NCBI GenBank assembly: GCA_031262985.1
Contig: JAISGQ010000001.1
Span: 688-64,687 of the forward strand
From: Oscillospiraceae bacterium
Lineage (GTDB): Bacteria > Bacillota > Clostridia > Oscillospirales > Acutalibacteraceae
Reading direction: 5' to 3'
Length of the DNA: 64,000 nucleotides
The notes under the pieces are model-generated. The model did not search any database. It was not told where the DNA came from and was given only the letters and a program-made list of their open reading frames with translations. The translations under genes were made by a program, and so were the position numbers. Below are positions 37,767-48,010 of the stretch, piece by piece; position 1 is the stretch's first letter, and every line of letters begins with the position of its first letter.

Positions 37767-39895
37767 GCAAATACAGCTCCTTTACGCCTTATTTTATCCT
37801 CTATAAGCTCCATGAGCGTATCAATAAGATTATCCGCGTCCGCTCCTGTGTCGTTGTGGAAACGCTCAATATTGACCGCTCCTTTTTCGACAACAATATT
37901 AATATTGGCGGCGGGAGTGTCTCCTTTTGCTTGTTTTTCTACAGTCTCCTTGTATGCCCGTGCTTCTCCTGCGGTTAGGACTTGTTCGCCCTTGTGGAGG
38001 ATTGCGGGGAAATCATCATACGGAACATATTCAAGTCCTACGCGGAGGCGGCTAATTGTCTTGAAGTTAAACCCCTTGCCGCCGACACCCGGCACCCAAT
38101 CAGGAATTTTAATTCTGTTTAAAGCTCTTAAAAATATGTTGATTCCATCGATTATGAAGTTTAATGGGATTTTTGCCACGCTGACTATGCTGTTAAAAAT
38201 ACTTGAAAAAAAGTTGCTTATTTTGCCAAATGCACTCTTTATGCGTTCAACCGCGTCACTAAATACGCCCGCGAAAAAGTCGCCGACTTTCGCAAATACC
38301 TTTTTAACACTTTCCCACGCATCGCTAAATATACCAGTAAGCGCGTCCCATATTTTATATCCGTAAGACAATAGAGAGTTGGCGATGCTTGTTATGACGA
38401 GAGGCATGGCTAAAACTAATCCGTCTATAATATGCGGTAATGCTTTCACGATGCCGATCACGAGTTTGATTAAACCCTCAATAAGTTGCGGTAATGCGTC
38501 TAATATACCTGTGATTACCATATCAATAATTATGGGGGTTGATTCTATTAAAACTGAGATGATTTGAGGGATGGCTTGCACGATACCGATTACAAGATTT
38601 ATAAGTCCCTCTATTATTTGCGGTAAATTGCTCATGATTGCGTCAATAATTGAAATTATTATACTCGGCAACGCGTCAATGATAAGTTTAAGTATTTGCG
38701 GCATAGCGCGCACAATAGCTAAAACAATTTGTATTGCGCCTGTTATAAGAGCGGGTAAAATTATCGGTAAGGCAGCTATAATCGGTTGTATGATTTCGGG
38801 TAGACTTTGCGCCAATAGCGCAAAAATGCTTACAAAACCCTGTATAAGTTGCGGTAATGCACCTACCAAAACATTAATAAGACTTGGGATTGCAGAAATA
38901 AGTCCGTTTATAATAGTTGTCGCGCCTAAAATGATTGGCGGCAACACTTTATTGATAATCGGTGGAATTTTTGGGATTAATTTTTCAACAATTTCAGATA
39001 TTCCGTTTGTAAGGCGAGGTAAAAGAGTTTCTAAGTTTTTAATAACAACATTTGCAACATTGGAAAATGATTCAACTACGCCGCTTGCATCACCTGCACC
39101 GCTTAAAAAATTAGATAAGGATGCTTTAGCTGTGCCGAGACTTCCGGCAAGCGTTTCGTTTTCTTTTGCGTAATTTCCTGCGGCGTAGGCGGTTTTATCA
39201 AGAAACATTTGCATTGCTATGCCGATTTTTTCTTGTTGTGTCATTTCCTTGCCTGTTGTTTTAATTCCTTTTTCAAGAGCATACGCCTTAATCGCGGTAT
39301 CGTTCATCGATACCCCGAGATTGTCCATCATTGTAAAGTTGCCTTTAGCCGCTCCGGCTACTGCTTCCATGGCTTCCGATGTGTCAAGACCCATGATCGA
39401 GGCGACATCGGCGGCGCGTTGCATTGCTTCGGAGGACATGTCTGCCGATTGTTTTATTGTAAACCCTGATCCTTGAAATAGAGCCCCCATTTTATTGGCT
39501 GTTGTCAAGAATTCCGAGGCATTTAAACCCATATTTTTATATGCGTCCTTGGCTGTGTTTTGCATATCTTTTGCATAGTTTTTAAATACGGAGTTTGAGC
39601 CACCCATGTTTTGTTCTAAATCTCCACCGAGTTCTAACGACTTTATTGTTAATCCCGTCATTGCAGTTGCGCCAATTGCAAGCCCACTCATTATAACCTT
39701 TCCTGCTTGGACGGCGAGCGAACCAACTTTTTTAAACGCATTTCCAAGGCGGCTTTCTGTTTTTTCGCCTTTTGTTGCTAAATCTTCAACTCCGGTTGCT
39801 GCTTCTTTGCCTTTTTTGGTAGTCTCGTCAATGCCTTTGTTCGCTTTTTCGTTGTCAATAAAAATCGTGCCGAACAGTGAAAAAATGTTCGCCAT
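37763..39895 (-). CDS. tape measure protein
   Basis: 710 aa and alpha-helical. Internal repeats follow the pattern ALPQLIEGLIKLVIGIV. It is preceded by the G/GT chaperone pair. Confidence 0.8.
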   Translation of the reverse strand: MANIFSLFGTIFIDNEKANKGIDETTKKGKEAATGVEDLATKGEKTESRLGNAFKKVGSLAVQAGKVIMSGLAIGATAMTGLTIKSLELGGDLEQNMGGSNSVFKNYAKDMQNTAKDAYKNMGLNASEFLTTANKMGALFQGSGFTIKQSADMSSEAMQRAADVASIMGLDTSEAMEAVAGAAKGNFTMMDNLGVSMNDTAIKAYALEKGIKTTGKEMTQQEKIGIAMQMFLDKTAYAAGNYAKENETLAGSLGTAKASLSNFLSGAGDASGVVESFSNVANVVIKNLETLLPRLTNGISEIVEKLIPKIPPIINKVLPPIILGATTIINGLISAIPSLINVLVGALPQLIQGFVSIFALLAQSLPEIIQPIIAALPIILPALITGAIQIVLAIVRAMPQILKLIIDALPSIIISIIDAIMSNLPQIIEGLINLVIGIVQAIPQIISVLIESTPIIIDMVITGILDALPQLIEGLIKLVIGIVKALPHIIDGLVLAMPLVITSIANSLLSYGYKIWDALTGIFSDAWESVKKVFAKVGDFFAGVFSDAVERIKSAFGKISNFFSSIFNSIVSVAKIPLNFIIDGINIFLRALNRIKIPDWVPGVGGKGFNFKTISRLRVGLEYVPYDDFPAILHKGEQVLTAGEARAYKETVEKQAKGDTPAANINIVVEKGAVNIERFHNDTGADADNLIDTLMELIEDKIRRKGAVFA

Positions 39896-39916
39896 GCTCG
39901 CCGCCTCCTCTCGTGC

Positions 39917-40261
39917 TTAATGTTTTTCTTTGTCTGCCGCTATAATCGGGGCAAATTCATTTATAATTTCTTCGGGTGTGCGATTGTTCCGTTTTGTTTT
40001 TAACATTTCGTTGGTGTTTTTAAAAATATTTTCTTGATACTCTGCGTAATCTGTTGCCGGAACGCCTCTAAGTTTACAAAAAGCGTAATCAGCAATCCAA
40101 AGAGGAAAGGTTTTTATTTCAACATCTCTCTTTATTGCATTTGAAAGAAGCTCCTCAAGCATAGAGAGCGGGAGTTGTTTTATAAGATCCCACTCGTAAT
40201 ATTTGTGGAGGATTATCAGTGCGTTTGCTCTACCTTCTTCCGAATAGCACGTGAAAAAAAA
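39917..40261 (-). CDS. gpT-like extension of the tail assembly chaperone (reached by -1 frameshift)
   Basis: This frame is open upstream of its first ATG back to the T-run at 40254-40261. It has no RBS of its own. Confidence 0.55.
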   Translation of the reverse strand, partial: FFFTCYSEEGRANALIILHKYYEWDLIKQLPLSMLEELLSNAIKRDVEIKTFPLWIADYAFCKLRGVPATDYAEYQENIFKNTNEMLKTKRNNRTPEEIINEFAPIIAADKEKH

Positions 40262-40581
40262 GAGCGTATTCCTTGGTCGTTGATAATCTCGTTAATTACC
40301 TCCGCAGCGTCAAGTTTTTTCGCTTCATCGAGGGTAACTTCTTTGTAAACGGAGACAAATAACGGGAGGTCGTCGGCGATTCTGCCTAACTGCGGCAAAA
40401 TTTCGGATAGAACTTCTCCGGCAAGAAAACCTAATTTTTCGCGCGATAACTGTTTTATTATTTCGCTTTTGTCTGTAGCTGCCTCAAAAATGTCCGCGCC
40501 TTTTACCCGCTCTATAATCGGCGCGAGGTCGAGCTTTGCCGCGATTTTCATCAAAATTGGCAACATCTCAATAGTTATCAT
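40216..40581 (-). CDS. tail assembly chaperone (gpG-like)
   Basis: 121 aa and acidic, located between the major tail protein and the tape measure. Confidence 0.6.
   Translation of the reverse strand: MITIEMLPILMKIAAKLDLAPIIERVKGADIFEAATDKSEIIKQLSREKLGFLAGEVLSEILPQLGRIADDLPLFVSVYKEVTLDEAKKLDAAEVINEIINDQGIRSFFSRAIRKKVEQTH
40254..40261 (-). promoter_or_regulatory. slippery run (T8 on the coding strand) for a programmed -1 frameshift
   Basis: The coding strand reads cgc tct ttt ttt tca. Slipping back one nucleotide gives ...FFFTCYSEEGRANALIILHKYYEWD..., which is continuous with the 39917-40162 ORF. Confidence 0.55.
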
Positions 40582-40584
40582 GTT

Positions 40585-41178
40585 TTACTCCTCCTCTGTT
40601 GCTGGTGTTGATGTAGGGGTTGTAGTTATAGAGGCGACTTCCTCCACTTTCCATAAATCGCCGTCAAGTGCGTCAGTGGTATAGTGAGCGTTGAACTCAA
40701 GAGAGAGTTCGCCCTCTGCTTTTTGTACGGCTTTTGCGGTAAACCCTGTTTCGTGCATTGGGTTGTACATGGTAATTTTTTTGTATGTTCCGTCAATAAG
40801 TTTTGCGAAGGTGGTCACATTTTCAAGGTATGCCGAGGTAGGTATAATGCCTGTTTTAGGGTTCTTGAGAACGGCGGCAGCTCCTGTTCCTGTGATTGAG
40901 CAGTTAGGCACTGCGAGGGCTAAATCCTCCTGTGACATACAGAGTGATACAAGTTTAAGTGTTGCCCCCTGTTCCTCAATAACTTGCATTCCTGCGGTTT
41001 TCCCGTTACGTCCGTCAAATTCAATATCCCGAACGGTTACAGTTGCCGCGAACTCCCCGCCGCCGCGCGTGGGTGCGAGAACCCTTTCGCTGTCAAGCCC
41101 GTAATTGAGATAGGTGATACTCTCGTCAATTTGGATTTTCTCAATTTGCTGTTGAGTGAGATTTGTGGTAGTACTCAT
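40585..41178 (-). CDS. major tail protein
   Basis: 197 aa. The call rests on its position immediately upstream of the chaperones, plus a Thr-rich C-terminus. Confidence 0.5.
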   Translation of the reverse strand: MSTTTNLTQQQIEKIQIDESITYLNYGLDSERVLAPTRGGGEFAATVTVRDIEFDGRNGKTAGMQVIEEQGATLKLVSLCMSQEDLALAVPNCSITGTGAAAVLKNPKTGIIPTSAYLENVTTFAKLIDGTYKKITMYNPMHETGFTAKAVQKAEGELSLEFNAHYTTDALDGDLWKVEEVASITTTPTSTPATEEE

Positions 41179-41190
41179 TATGTAGACCTC

Positions 41191-41619
41191 CTAATAATAA
41201 AAAATTCGTGCCGCGAATGATAAGCGGCGGTGTGATAAGTCAAATTCAGATTCTTGGATCATATTTTGATTTTCAAATCCTATATGAGATGAAAATTTGC
41301 CCTCTGCCGCGACAACTGTGTTGTGGAGTTCGTTTCTCAAGGTGTCGCAAAGGCTGTCTAATTGCTCTGTTGCGGTTGGCAATTTATTATCCGTCCACAC
41401 ATCAACGTAAAAAGAGGTGAGGTCGCCGCTTTCTTCGAGGTCGATAATGTTGATTCCGCTAAGCACCGCATACGGAAAATCCCAATTGCCGGAGTACGTT
41501 TCGTTGATGGGGGCAAGCTCGTATGTGGTTGGTATAATTTCATTTATCCGAGCGGTCATAGCTGTTATAAATGCTTTTGTGTTAACATTTTTAATCGTCC
41601 TCCACCTCCTCGCTTTCAA
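41191..41619 (-). CDS. tail completion / tail terminator-like protein
   Basis: The call rests on position between the HK97 gp10-like gene and the major tail gene. The start is uncertain (alternative Met at 41559). Confidence 0.3.
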   Translation of the reverse strand: MKARRWRTIKNVNTKAFITAMTARINEIIPTTYELAPINETYSGNWDFPYAVLSGINIIDLEESGDLTSFYVDVWTDNKLPTATEQLDSLCDTLRNELHNTVVAAEGKFSSHIGFENQNMIQESEFDLSHRRLSFAARIFYY

Positions 41620-42121
41620 CTATTTTTGCTCCAGCGGCGGCAAGCTCCTTATTAAGCTCAGCGAGAAACTCTGCTTGTGCCTCCTTGATAGCCGAGACAT
41701 TGTTGTGAACAGTGTCTCGCAGTACGTTAGTTGCTTTTTGACCGGGGTGAGAAACCTCAGAGCCAAAAAAAACATCGTTAAAAGTTAAGACGCGAGCATT
41801 TTTAATCCGTATTTTATGCGGTCTCGTACCGAACTCAATCCAGTGCGGAGAGGCGTGGGACGGTAATTTCCCGCGTTTTTTTACACGTTGCCGCCCGTAA
41901 AATCCTACTTGGAGTTGAGGTTGTCCTGTGGAGCGGTCAACAAAAGCCCATGAAGCAATATGATTTTTTATTCGTTTTGAGCGGGTATAGATGTTGTCGC
42001 GCAAGAGTTTTCTTACAACTTTTCCGCTTGCGCGGAGTGCGGTTTTTGATAGTCCGATTAATGCCTTTTTTACTTCGGGGCTTGTGTCTACAAACGTGAC
42101 TTCCGATTTGTTAGCTGCCAT
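41591..42121 (-). CDS. HK97 gp10 family head-tail joining protein
   Basis: The motif HWIEFGTRPH resembles the gp10-family (E/F)GT signature. Gene order supports the call. Confidence 0.55.
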   Translation of the reverse strand: MAANKSEVTFVDTSPEVKKALIGLSKTALRASGKVVRKLLRDNIYTRSKRIKNHIASWAFVDRSTGQPQLQVGFYGRQRVKKRGKLPSHASPHWIEFGTRPHKIRIKNARVLTFNDVFFGSEVSHPGQKATNVLRDTVHNNVSAIKEAQAEFLAELNKELAAAGAKIVESEEVEDD

Positions 42122-42422
42122 TTTGCACTACAAGCGGATTGCATATGATTTCGAGATTTTCTCCTTTTACTGGATATGTGCGTATAATACGATACATTAT
42201 TTCTCGAAACTCAAAATGTGTCTCGCCGCCGAACTCGCTTTCTTTTATTTCAACACACAATTCAGGCTTGTATCCCTGCGCCTGTGCCTGATAAAATTCG
42301 TTGCGCTTTACGCCTTTCTCGTTGCAAAAAACCTCTCGCTTGGTAAAGCTTTTTTGAGGTTTACGCATACTGTCGAGCGTAGTTGTTTCTTTGCACAGGT
42401 AGCCTATATCGCGCCAATACAT
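42111..42422 (-). CDS. head closure / head-tail adaptor protein
   Basis: 103 aa. Size, order and general pattern resemble SPP1 gp16-type adaptors. Confidence 0.5.
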   Translation of the reverse strand: MYWRDIGYLCKETTTLDSMRKPQKSFTKREVFCNEKGVKRNEFYQAQAQGYKPELCVEIKESEFGGETHFEFREIMYRIIRTYPVKGENLEIICNPLVVQNGS

Positions 42423-42428
42423 TTTTTC

Positions 42429-42728
42429 TCACTCGCTCCCTAAATAATCTGACGATAGCATGAGGGCTTGTCTTTGCAAATTGTAGCTTTCGCGGTACTT
42501 AACCGCGTCGGCACTATCAAGTCCAAACTCCGCCTTAACATAGCACATAATCGCGCGTCTGATCAATGGATCTGTCTCATTCTCTACCTTGTCGGGGAGG
42601 ACACCGCCTAAAATCAAATCAGCTTTTGCTGCCGCTATAAGGTCGGCTATTTCTCCGTCAAAGGAGGAGTGCCGGATACGGAGAACTTCCCGAGCGTCAA
42701 ATATAATTTGCTGTGATATAACTCCCAT
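42429..42728 (-). CDS. gp6-like head-tail connector protein
   Basis: 99 aa, directly downstream of the capsid gene. It has a LILGGVLPD-type pattern. Confidence 0.5.
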   Translation of the reverse strand: MGVISQQIIFDAREVLRIRHSSFDGEIADLIAAAKADLILGGVLPDKVENETDPLIRRAIMCYVKAEFGLDSADAVKYRESYNLQRQALMLSSDYLGSE

Positions 42729-42752
42729 TGCGGCACACCTCCTTGTTTTTTA

Positions 42753-43952
42753 TTATGCGGCGGTAGTAGATATGACAAGCTTTATAAATGCACCCAATTT
42801 GTCAATCGGCTTGCTATCAAATACGCACGTTCCGCGATAATCAATAGCGTTGTTTCTGAATCCGCTTTCTTTGGATTTTTCCACAACAATATCTTGCGAG
42901 AAATTGCCGAAAATGTAAGAAAAGTCTCCGTAATAAGCGACCCCTGCCGCGAGACTGCCTGTGAAATAAACTTCTGCACCCATGATGTAGTACTTGCCGC
43001 CTGCGAACTCAATGAGGTTGTTTTTGCTTTTATTCATGAGCGAGTAGTAGCTTGCGAAGAATGTCGACTTACTCATGCACCATACGGCATTTCTCTCGTA
43101 ACCGCTCCCAAGCATACCATAAGCGGCGATAACATTTGCCTCAGTCGGTGCGGCGGTGACGGTAAGGAGGTCAGTGCCTTCGATGTATGCTCCGCCCGTG
43201 CCTTTCCCCGCTGTAGAAACTCCCCCCGGCTCTGATGTGCCATTGCCATTAAAAATATAGTTTTCGAGCTTGCGAGCAATATCTTCGGCGAGTGCGTCTA
43301 CAATGTAGCTCTCAAATGCCGAGAGTGCCATAGCGGTAGAGGCGGCGGAGGCGGACACAATTTTAATGATTTCGTAGCCCGCAAGAGTGACAACCCTTAA
43401 ATTATCGTTCGCCGTTGTTGTAGCAGCGTTTTCCGTGTGGAGTGTCGCCTCGTCCCGCGTGTCCTCCACCGAAAATTTAAATGTTCCGGGGACATGATAG
43501 ATTTTGCATCTCTGCAAAATAGGCGACACCTCATACATCTTTTTAACGATGGCGTTAGCTGTGGTTTCGGGGATAATTGGCGCGGCGGAATCGGCGGCGG
43601 TAGAGTATGCCCTATATTCTGCCTCGTTCAATGTTTTGCCCTGTAATGTTTTAATCCACGCCGAACGGTATTCAGGCGTTTTATATGATTCTTCGGGGTT
43701 GATTTCCTGCGTCTTGCCTGCTCGTGAAACGGGGTTTGCTATAGCCGGAAGGGTGGCGGAAGTTGCAGGAGAGACGCTGTTCAAAATAGCCATGCGCTTT
43801 TCGAGGTTTGCAAGCTCGGTATCAAGCTCTCCGATTTCTGCGCTAAATAAATCAAGTGTGGCATTGTCGGCGGTGTCTAGAGAGCTTCGGATTTCGGTTT
43901 TTCTCGCTCTGATTTCCGCTATGCGGGTTTGCATTTCAAGTTTTAGATTCAT
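42753..43952 (-). CDS. major capsid protein, HK97 fold family
   Basis: 399 aa with an N-terminal coiled-coil scaffold-like segment. It follows the prohead protease. Confidence 0.8.
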   Translation of the reverse strand: MNLKLEMQTRIAEIRARKTEIRSSLDTADNATLDLFSAEIGELDTELANLEKRMAILNSVSPATSATLPAIANPVSRAGKTQEINPEESYKTPEYRSAWIKTLQGKTLNEAEYRAYSTAADSAAPIIPETTANAIVKKMYEVSPILQRCKIYHVPGTFKFSVEDTRDEATLHTENAATTTANDNLRVVTLAGYEIIKIVSASAASTAMALSAFESYIVDALAEDIARKLENYIFNGNGTSEPGGVSTAGKGTGGAYIEGTDLLTVTAAPTEANVIAAYGMLGSGYERNAVWCMSKSTFFASYYSLMNKSKNNLIEFAGGKYYIMGAEVYFTGSLAAGVAYYGDFSYIFGNFSQDIVVEKSKESGFRNNAIDYRGTCVFDSKPIDKLGAFIKLVISTTAA

Positions 43953-43972
43953 TTGTTGTTCACTCCTATTTT

Positions 43973-44560
43973 TTAAAGTAATGTTTTAACCACAAGTAAC
44001 TTGCGGAGGCGGGCTTGCTCTGAATTGCGTATTTCCTTTTCGTTCTCCTCCTTAAAAAAATTTCGTGCCGATATGCTCGTTTCGTTGTAGGCGGGAATGT
44101 CAACTGCCGAAACGTCATACAGCTTTTTTATTTTTAAAATGGTTCTTGTGCGAGTTTCGGAGTTATAATTTTCCTCCTCCACCGTAAAAGAAAAACTCAT
44201 TTTATCAATTAATCCGCTCCTAATGTCGCGATATAACTGCTGATGTCCCGTATCGTCCGGCATAAGACGCGCCGTGATATTAAATGCATTGTTTCCAATA
44301 TCATAATCAAGTGTCCCGTTTCGGGTGCGGGCGTAAACTCGCCCATGGTGATTGTAGTTGAAAATAATATCCGATAAATCCGCTCTATCAAATGCGCCTC
44401 GGGCGATTTGCTCATAGTACTTTATTCCATCCGTCTCAAATATAACCGTTGGAGCGTCGAACACTATAGGAACGCCGCGCAAAATAAGGCTTTTATTTTC
44501 TGCGTCACCCGCCAAAAATCCACTCGCGGCGCGGTATAGTCTATCAGGATTTAGTGACAT
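43973..44560 (-). CDS. prohead serine protease, HK97 family
   Basis: The start was set at MSLNPDRLY, preceded by GAGGGGGA. Family-like segments are FNYNHHGRVYARTRNGTL and DVSAVDIPAY. Confidence 0.7.
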   Translation of the reverse strand: MSLNPDRLYRAASGFLAGDAENKSLILRGVPIVFDAPTVIFETDGIKYYEQIARGAFDRADLSDIIFNYNHHGRVYARTRNGTLDYDIGNNAFNITARLMPDDTGHQQLYRDIRSGLIDKMSFSFTVEEENYNSETRTRTILKIKKLYDVSAVDIPAYNETSISARNFFKEENEKEIRNSEQARLRKLLVVKTLL

Positions 44561-45836
44561 TTTTATCCCCCTCGCTATCTTTATTTTTTTCTTCTTCATC
44601 TTTCGGCGGCGCGTCTGCGGCAGATTTGTTCGTTTGATTTTTACCCATTTGGTACTCATCCACTATCGCTACATTCGCGTCGTTGAGGGTTTGGGTGCGT
44701 CTTTTCCCTTCCTCGCCGCCGATGGGAGCTATGTTAAAAATTTCAAGGATTTGGTCAAGTGTGATTGCTCCTTTATCCGAGAGAAATTTAGCGGCGTTGA
44801 CCTTGTCCGAGAGGCTTGCATATTGTAGGCGGTTGCTTTCGTGGATTATTTCGTTGCCGAATCCGCGTTGTTTGGAAGTGAAACAGCAATTTGTAAAACC
44901 CTGCGACAGCTGGATGAAAAACGGTTCGATTTCTCCTTCATAGTAGCTGTTCCACTCCTCGGGTGTGGCTTTGTTCTGTACAATTTTTTCATTTGTCCCA
45001 AAATAATTATAAATTTCTTCGTTTATATATTGGAGTTGCCCCGTGGGTATGGGAGATTGTTTACTTTGCAACTCTGTGTAGTCTAATTGGCTGTCAGTGA
45101 CGACTACTCCTGCTCCGTTTCTCTCCATTTCGAGGTTGTCGCGGATAAATTCATTTCGGCGGTCAATTCTGTCTTTCTCCTTCGGCGAGCCGTTTAGTTT
45201 GAGTATCCCTCGCACTAATGCCACAAGTTCCGCGAATTTGTTCATCGACTGATTAAAGGTGTTGGCAGTTTTTAGCACAGGCAAGATAGGTTCGTTATCT
45301 GAGCCAAAAATATCATTGTCATTGTAGTGGCGGCGAATATGTATAATCTCACTGTGATGTACGATATGTTTCCGCTCCCGCACGAATTTAAAACTGTAGT
45401 AAAGCTCGCCGTTAGCCTCTAATAGGTCAACCTCTATCGCGTTAATCGGGTAAAATGCTGTAATAACTCCATTTTCGACCACAGGGAAAATAAAAGCGTT
45501 ATTGTTTAATTTGTACTGCGCGGCAACACGGTAATAAAAGGCGTATGCCGTCATATACTGGTTGGGTTGATACTGTAAAAGATGGTTTAAATTGCTATTT
45601 TCCACATCTGTAACCGTGCCTCCTGCTTTGCGGATGTGGCGAGGCGAGACCTTGGCGGCATTTCGGGCGAACGCATCGACCGAGGCGCGGACGGCGTTAA
45701 TATCCCACGCGTTTCCGCTAAATGGAATGAAATGAGATTGCCACGAACTTAAAAGCCTAAATTCTCCATAGTCACGAGTGGGAGTGGGCGGCTTTTTCCC
45801 AAAAACATTTTGAAAAAGTCCTCGTTTTTCTGCCAA
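44544..45836 (-). CDS. portal protein, HK97 family
   Basis: 430 aa, located between the large terminase and the protease. Confidence 0.8.
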   Translation of the reverse strand: MAEKRGLFQNVFGKKPPTPTRDYGEFRLLSSWQSHFIPFSGNAWDINAVRASVDAFARNAAKVSPRHIRKAGGTVTDVENSNLNHLLQYQPNQYMTAYAFYYRVAAQYKLNNNAFIFPVVENGVITAFYPINAIEVDLLEANGELYYSFKFVRERKHIVHHSEIIHIRRHYNDNDIFGSDNEPILPVLKTANTFNQSMNKFAELVALVRGILKLNGSPKEKDRIDRRNEFIRDNLEMERNGAGVVVTDSQLDYTELQSKQSPIPTGQLQYINEEIYNYFGTNEKIVQNKATPEEWNSYYEGEIEPFFIQLSQGFTNCCFTSKQRGFGNEIIHESNRLQYASLSDKVNAAKFLSDKGAITLDQILEIFNIAPIGGEEGKRRTQTLNDANVAIVDEYQMGKNQTNKSAADAPPKDEEEKNKDSEGDKNVTKS

Positions 45837-45851
45837 AGATAACCACCTCTT

Positions 45852-47504
45852 TTAGTTTATATAGTACATAAATTGCTCATAATCGTGAACGTATACGACC
45901 CACGCATTTAAAAGACTTACAGCTCCATCAATACGGCGTTTATCCGTTATTTTTATCGGCTGAATATTGTTTAATCCCGTCTTTTTAACCGCAGTATTGC
46001 ACAGACACCACAAAAGCATGGGGTTGTTGTTGTAATTTACTTTGTTGTCACTCAAAGCCGCTCCCATTTCTTTCATTGGCTGTGACCAAGTGAAAGGACC
46101 TTGTGCTACCTGTTCCATAATGAAACCATTTTGCTTCATTTCATCTACCCAATATCCGGCTAAAGCTCGGTCATACCCCACCTTGTAGCACGTTATCTTG
46201 TGTTTGTCCCGCATTTCACAAAACCACGCCGTGACAGCTGAAAAATCTACTCGTTTGCCTTCGCAAACAGTGAGTAGTCCTCGTTCCGCCCAAAGTTTAT
46301 AGGGTGCTTCGTTTGTGTTTTTCTCCTCTAAATACTTTATCCGTGCCTCGGGCAAGAAATATTGTTGCAGAACGTACACCGTATCGTCTTTGGGTTTGCG
46401 TATGAGCAGTGTTGCACACGTCAGATCAGTAGTGGCGGACAGGTCGCACCCGCCTATAGCGTAGGTGTCATATATATTCGCCATTGAGTAGGTGGCGGTG
46501 TTTTGTGCCTCCTCAAAAGTTAGCCATGCAGTTGACGGATTTTCTCTTATATTAAAATCCTTGCACAGAACACCCGGTAAATCCGGCGGACTATTCTTCG
46601 CGCGTTCGACAAAATTAGCCAATGTTTTAAATTGCTTAATCGTACCAAGACCGGGGTTTGCTTTTATCCACATTTGAGGGTCTGTCCACTCCTCGCGATT
46701 ATCAAGCTCATATAACACGGGTAAAAATGTAGGCTCGTTTACTTTCCCATCCGCTATATCACAGGCAAACTCGTACATTTCATCAAAAATACACTCCCGC
46801 ACCATGCCGGAGGTAGTTATCATAACTACAAGCGGCTGGCGACGCGAGGAGGTTGATTGTTTCATGACCTCGTAAAGATTACGATCTCGAATAGCGTGAA
46901 GCTCGTCAATAATTACAGCATGAGAGTTCAATCCGTCAAGCGTGTTGCTGTCGCTTGCCAGTGCCTCAAATTCACTCGATGTGGCAGGGAAACATACCGA
47001 TGTTCGTCGTTTTTTGGTGACAGCCCGAAGCTCCGGCGATTGCTTAATCATGTTCACTGCCTCGGTGAGCACCTTTTTTGCTTGGTCTTTTTTTGTGGCA
47101 ACACTGTATATTTCCGCCGCTCCCTCATAATCAGCTATAAGCATATACAAGGCAATACAAGAGAGTAGAGTTGTTTTTCCGTTTTTACGCGCGACTAAAA
47201 ACATTGTCTCGCGAAATCGGCGGTTATTTGTCTCTTTTTCTAAAAAACCGAATAAAGCAGATATGTAAGCTTTTTGAAACAGGTCAAGAACTATCGGTTC
47301 GCCGATAACGCCCTGTGACTGCTTGCAAAACCGCTCAATAAAAGCAATAGGACGATTCGCCGCCTCCTCGGAAAAGTAGTAGGGTGAGCTTTTATCGGGA
47401 GCGGATATTTCGTTCGCGAGTTTGGTGTAAACAGCTTTAACGCGGCGGCTCGTTATAATTTCCCCTTTGTTAATTTTGTTTGCGTATTCGGTGATGTAAT
47501 TCAT
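45852..47504 (-). CDS. terLarge: terminase large subunit
   Basis: 550 aa. Walker A is ARKNGKTTLL, Walker B-like is AVIIDELH, and the C-terminal half is nuclease-like. Confidence 0.85.
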   Translation of the reverse strand: MNYITEYANKINKGEIITSRRVKAVYTKLANEISAPDKSSPYYFSEEAANRPIAFIERFCKQSQGVIGEPIVLDLFQKAYISALFGFLEKETNNRRFRETMFLVARKNGKTTLLSCIALYMLIADYEGAAEIYSVATKKDQAKKVLTEAVNMIKQSPELRAVTKKRRTSVCFPATSSEFEALASDSNTLDGLNSHAVIIDELHAIRDRNLYEVMKQSTSSRRQPLVVMITTSGMVRECIFDEMYEFACDIADGKVNEPTFLPVLYELDNREEWTDPQMWIKANPGLGTIKQFKTLANFVERAKNSPPDLPGVLCKDFNIRENPSTAWLTFEEAQNTATYSMANIYDTYAIGGCDLSATTDLTCATLLIRKPKDDTVYVLQQYFLPEARIKYLEEKNTNEAPYKLWAERGLLTVCEGKRVDFSAVTAWFCEMRDKHKITCYKVGYDRALAGYWVDEMKQNGFIMEQVAQGPFTWSQPMKEMGAALSDNKVNYNNNPMLLWCLCNTAVKKTGLNNIQPIKITDKRRIDGAVSLLNAWVVYVHDYEQFMYYIN

Positions 47505-47515
47505 GGTTCTCCGCC

Positions 47516-47902
47516 TTATTTAGGTTTTGCAACAAAGCCCATAAGAGCCTGTCCCGCGTTTTCTTGCTCGCTATCGGGGAGCATGTCGCAAAGTGTTTTT
47601 GTGAGTGAAATATACCCTTTAATTGTCGCGTTATAGTCTTTTAAAGCAGTGTTTCCGCGCTTAAATTGCTGTGAACCCTGTGTAAAATCCTCTAAAATTT
47701 CACCTTTATTTATTTCCTCAACAAGTCGGGCGAGGGTCACTTGCATAAACGCCAATTGGTATATCATTTTTTCAATGAACCGCTTTTTATCTCTGTCTAA
47801 ATATTTGAATAAAGGCTTTATTTTTTTCTGCTCATCGTTAATACGCTGTTCTATTGTCAGCGAGGTTTTTATCGCTGTTTCTTTTGATGCTTTTAAATTC
47901 AA
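47516..47902 (-). CDS. terminase small subunit (P27-like)
   Basis: 128 aa, immediately upstream of the large terminase subunit. Confidence 0.5.
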   Translation of the reverse strand: MNLKASKETAIKTSLTIEQRINDEQKKIKPLFKYLDRDKKRFIEKMIYQLAFMQVTLARLVEEINKGEILEDFTQGSQQFKRGNTALKDYNATIKGYISLTKTLCDMLPDSEQENAGQALMGFVAKPK

Positions 47903-48010
47903 ATTGCTCTCCTCCTGTTTGGTTTTGGAATTGATGCCCCCCCTTATGTACGCCCCCGTGGAGTTCTAAAAGGGACTTAACTGCGGTTCTGTAAAATCGT
48001 GCCGAAAGTT

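Noticed and set aside
38571-39173. 200-aa plus-strand ORF (and neighbours 37812-38366 and 39606-39920)
   Set aside because: They are antisense to the tape measure gene, and their Ile-rich repetitive translation mirrors its helical repeats.
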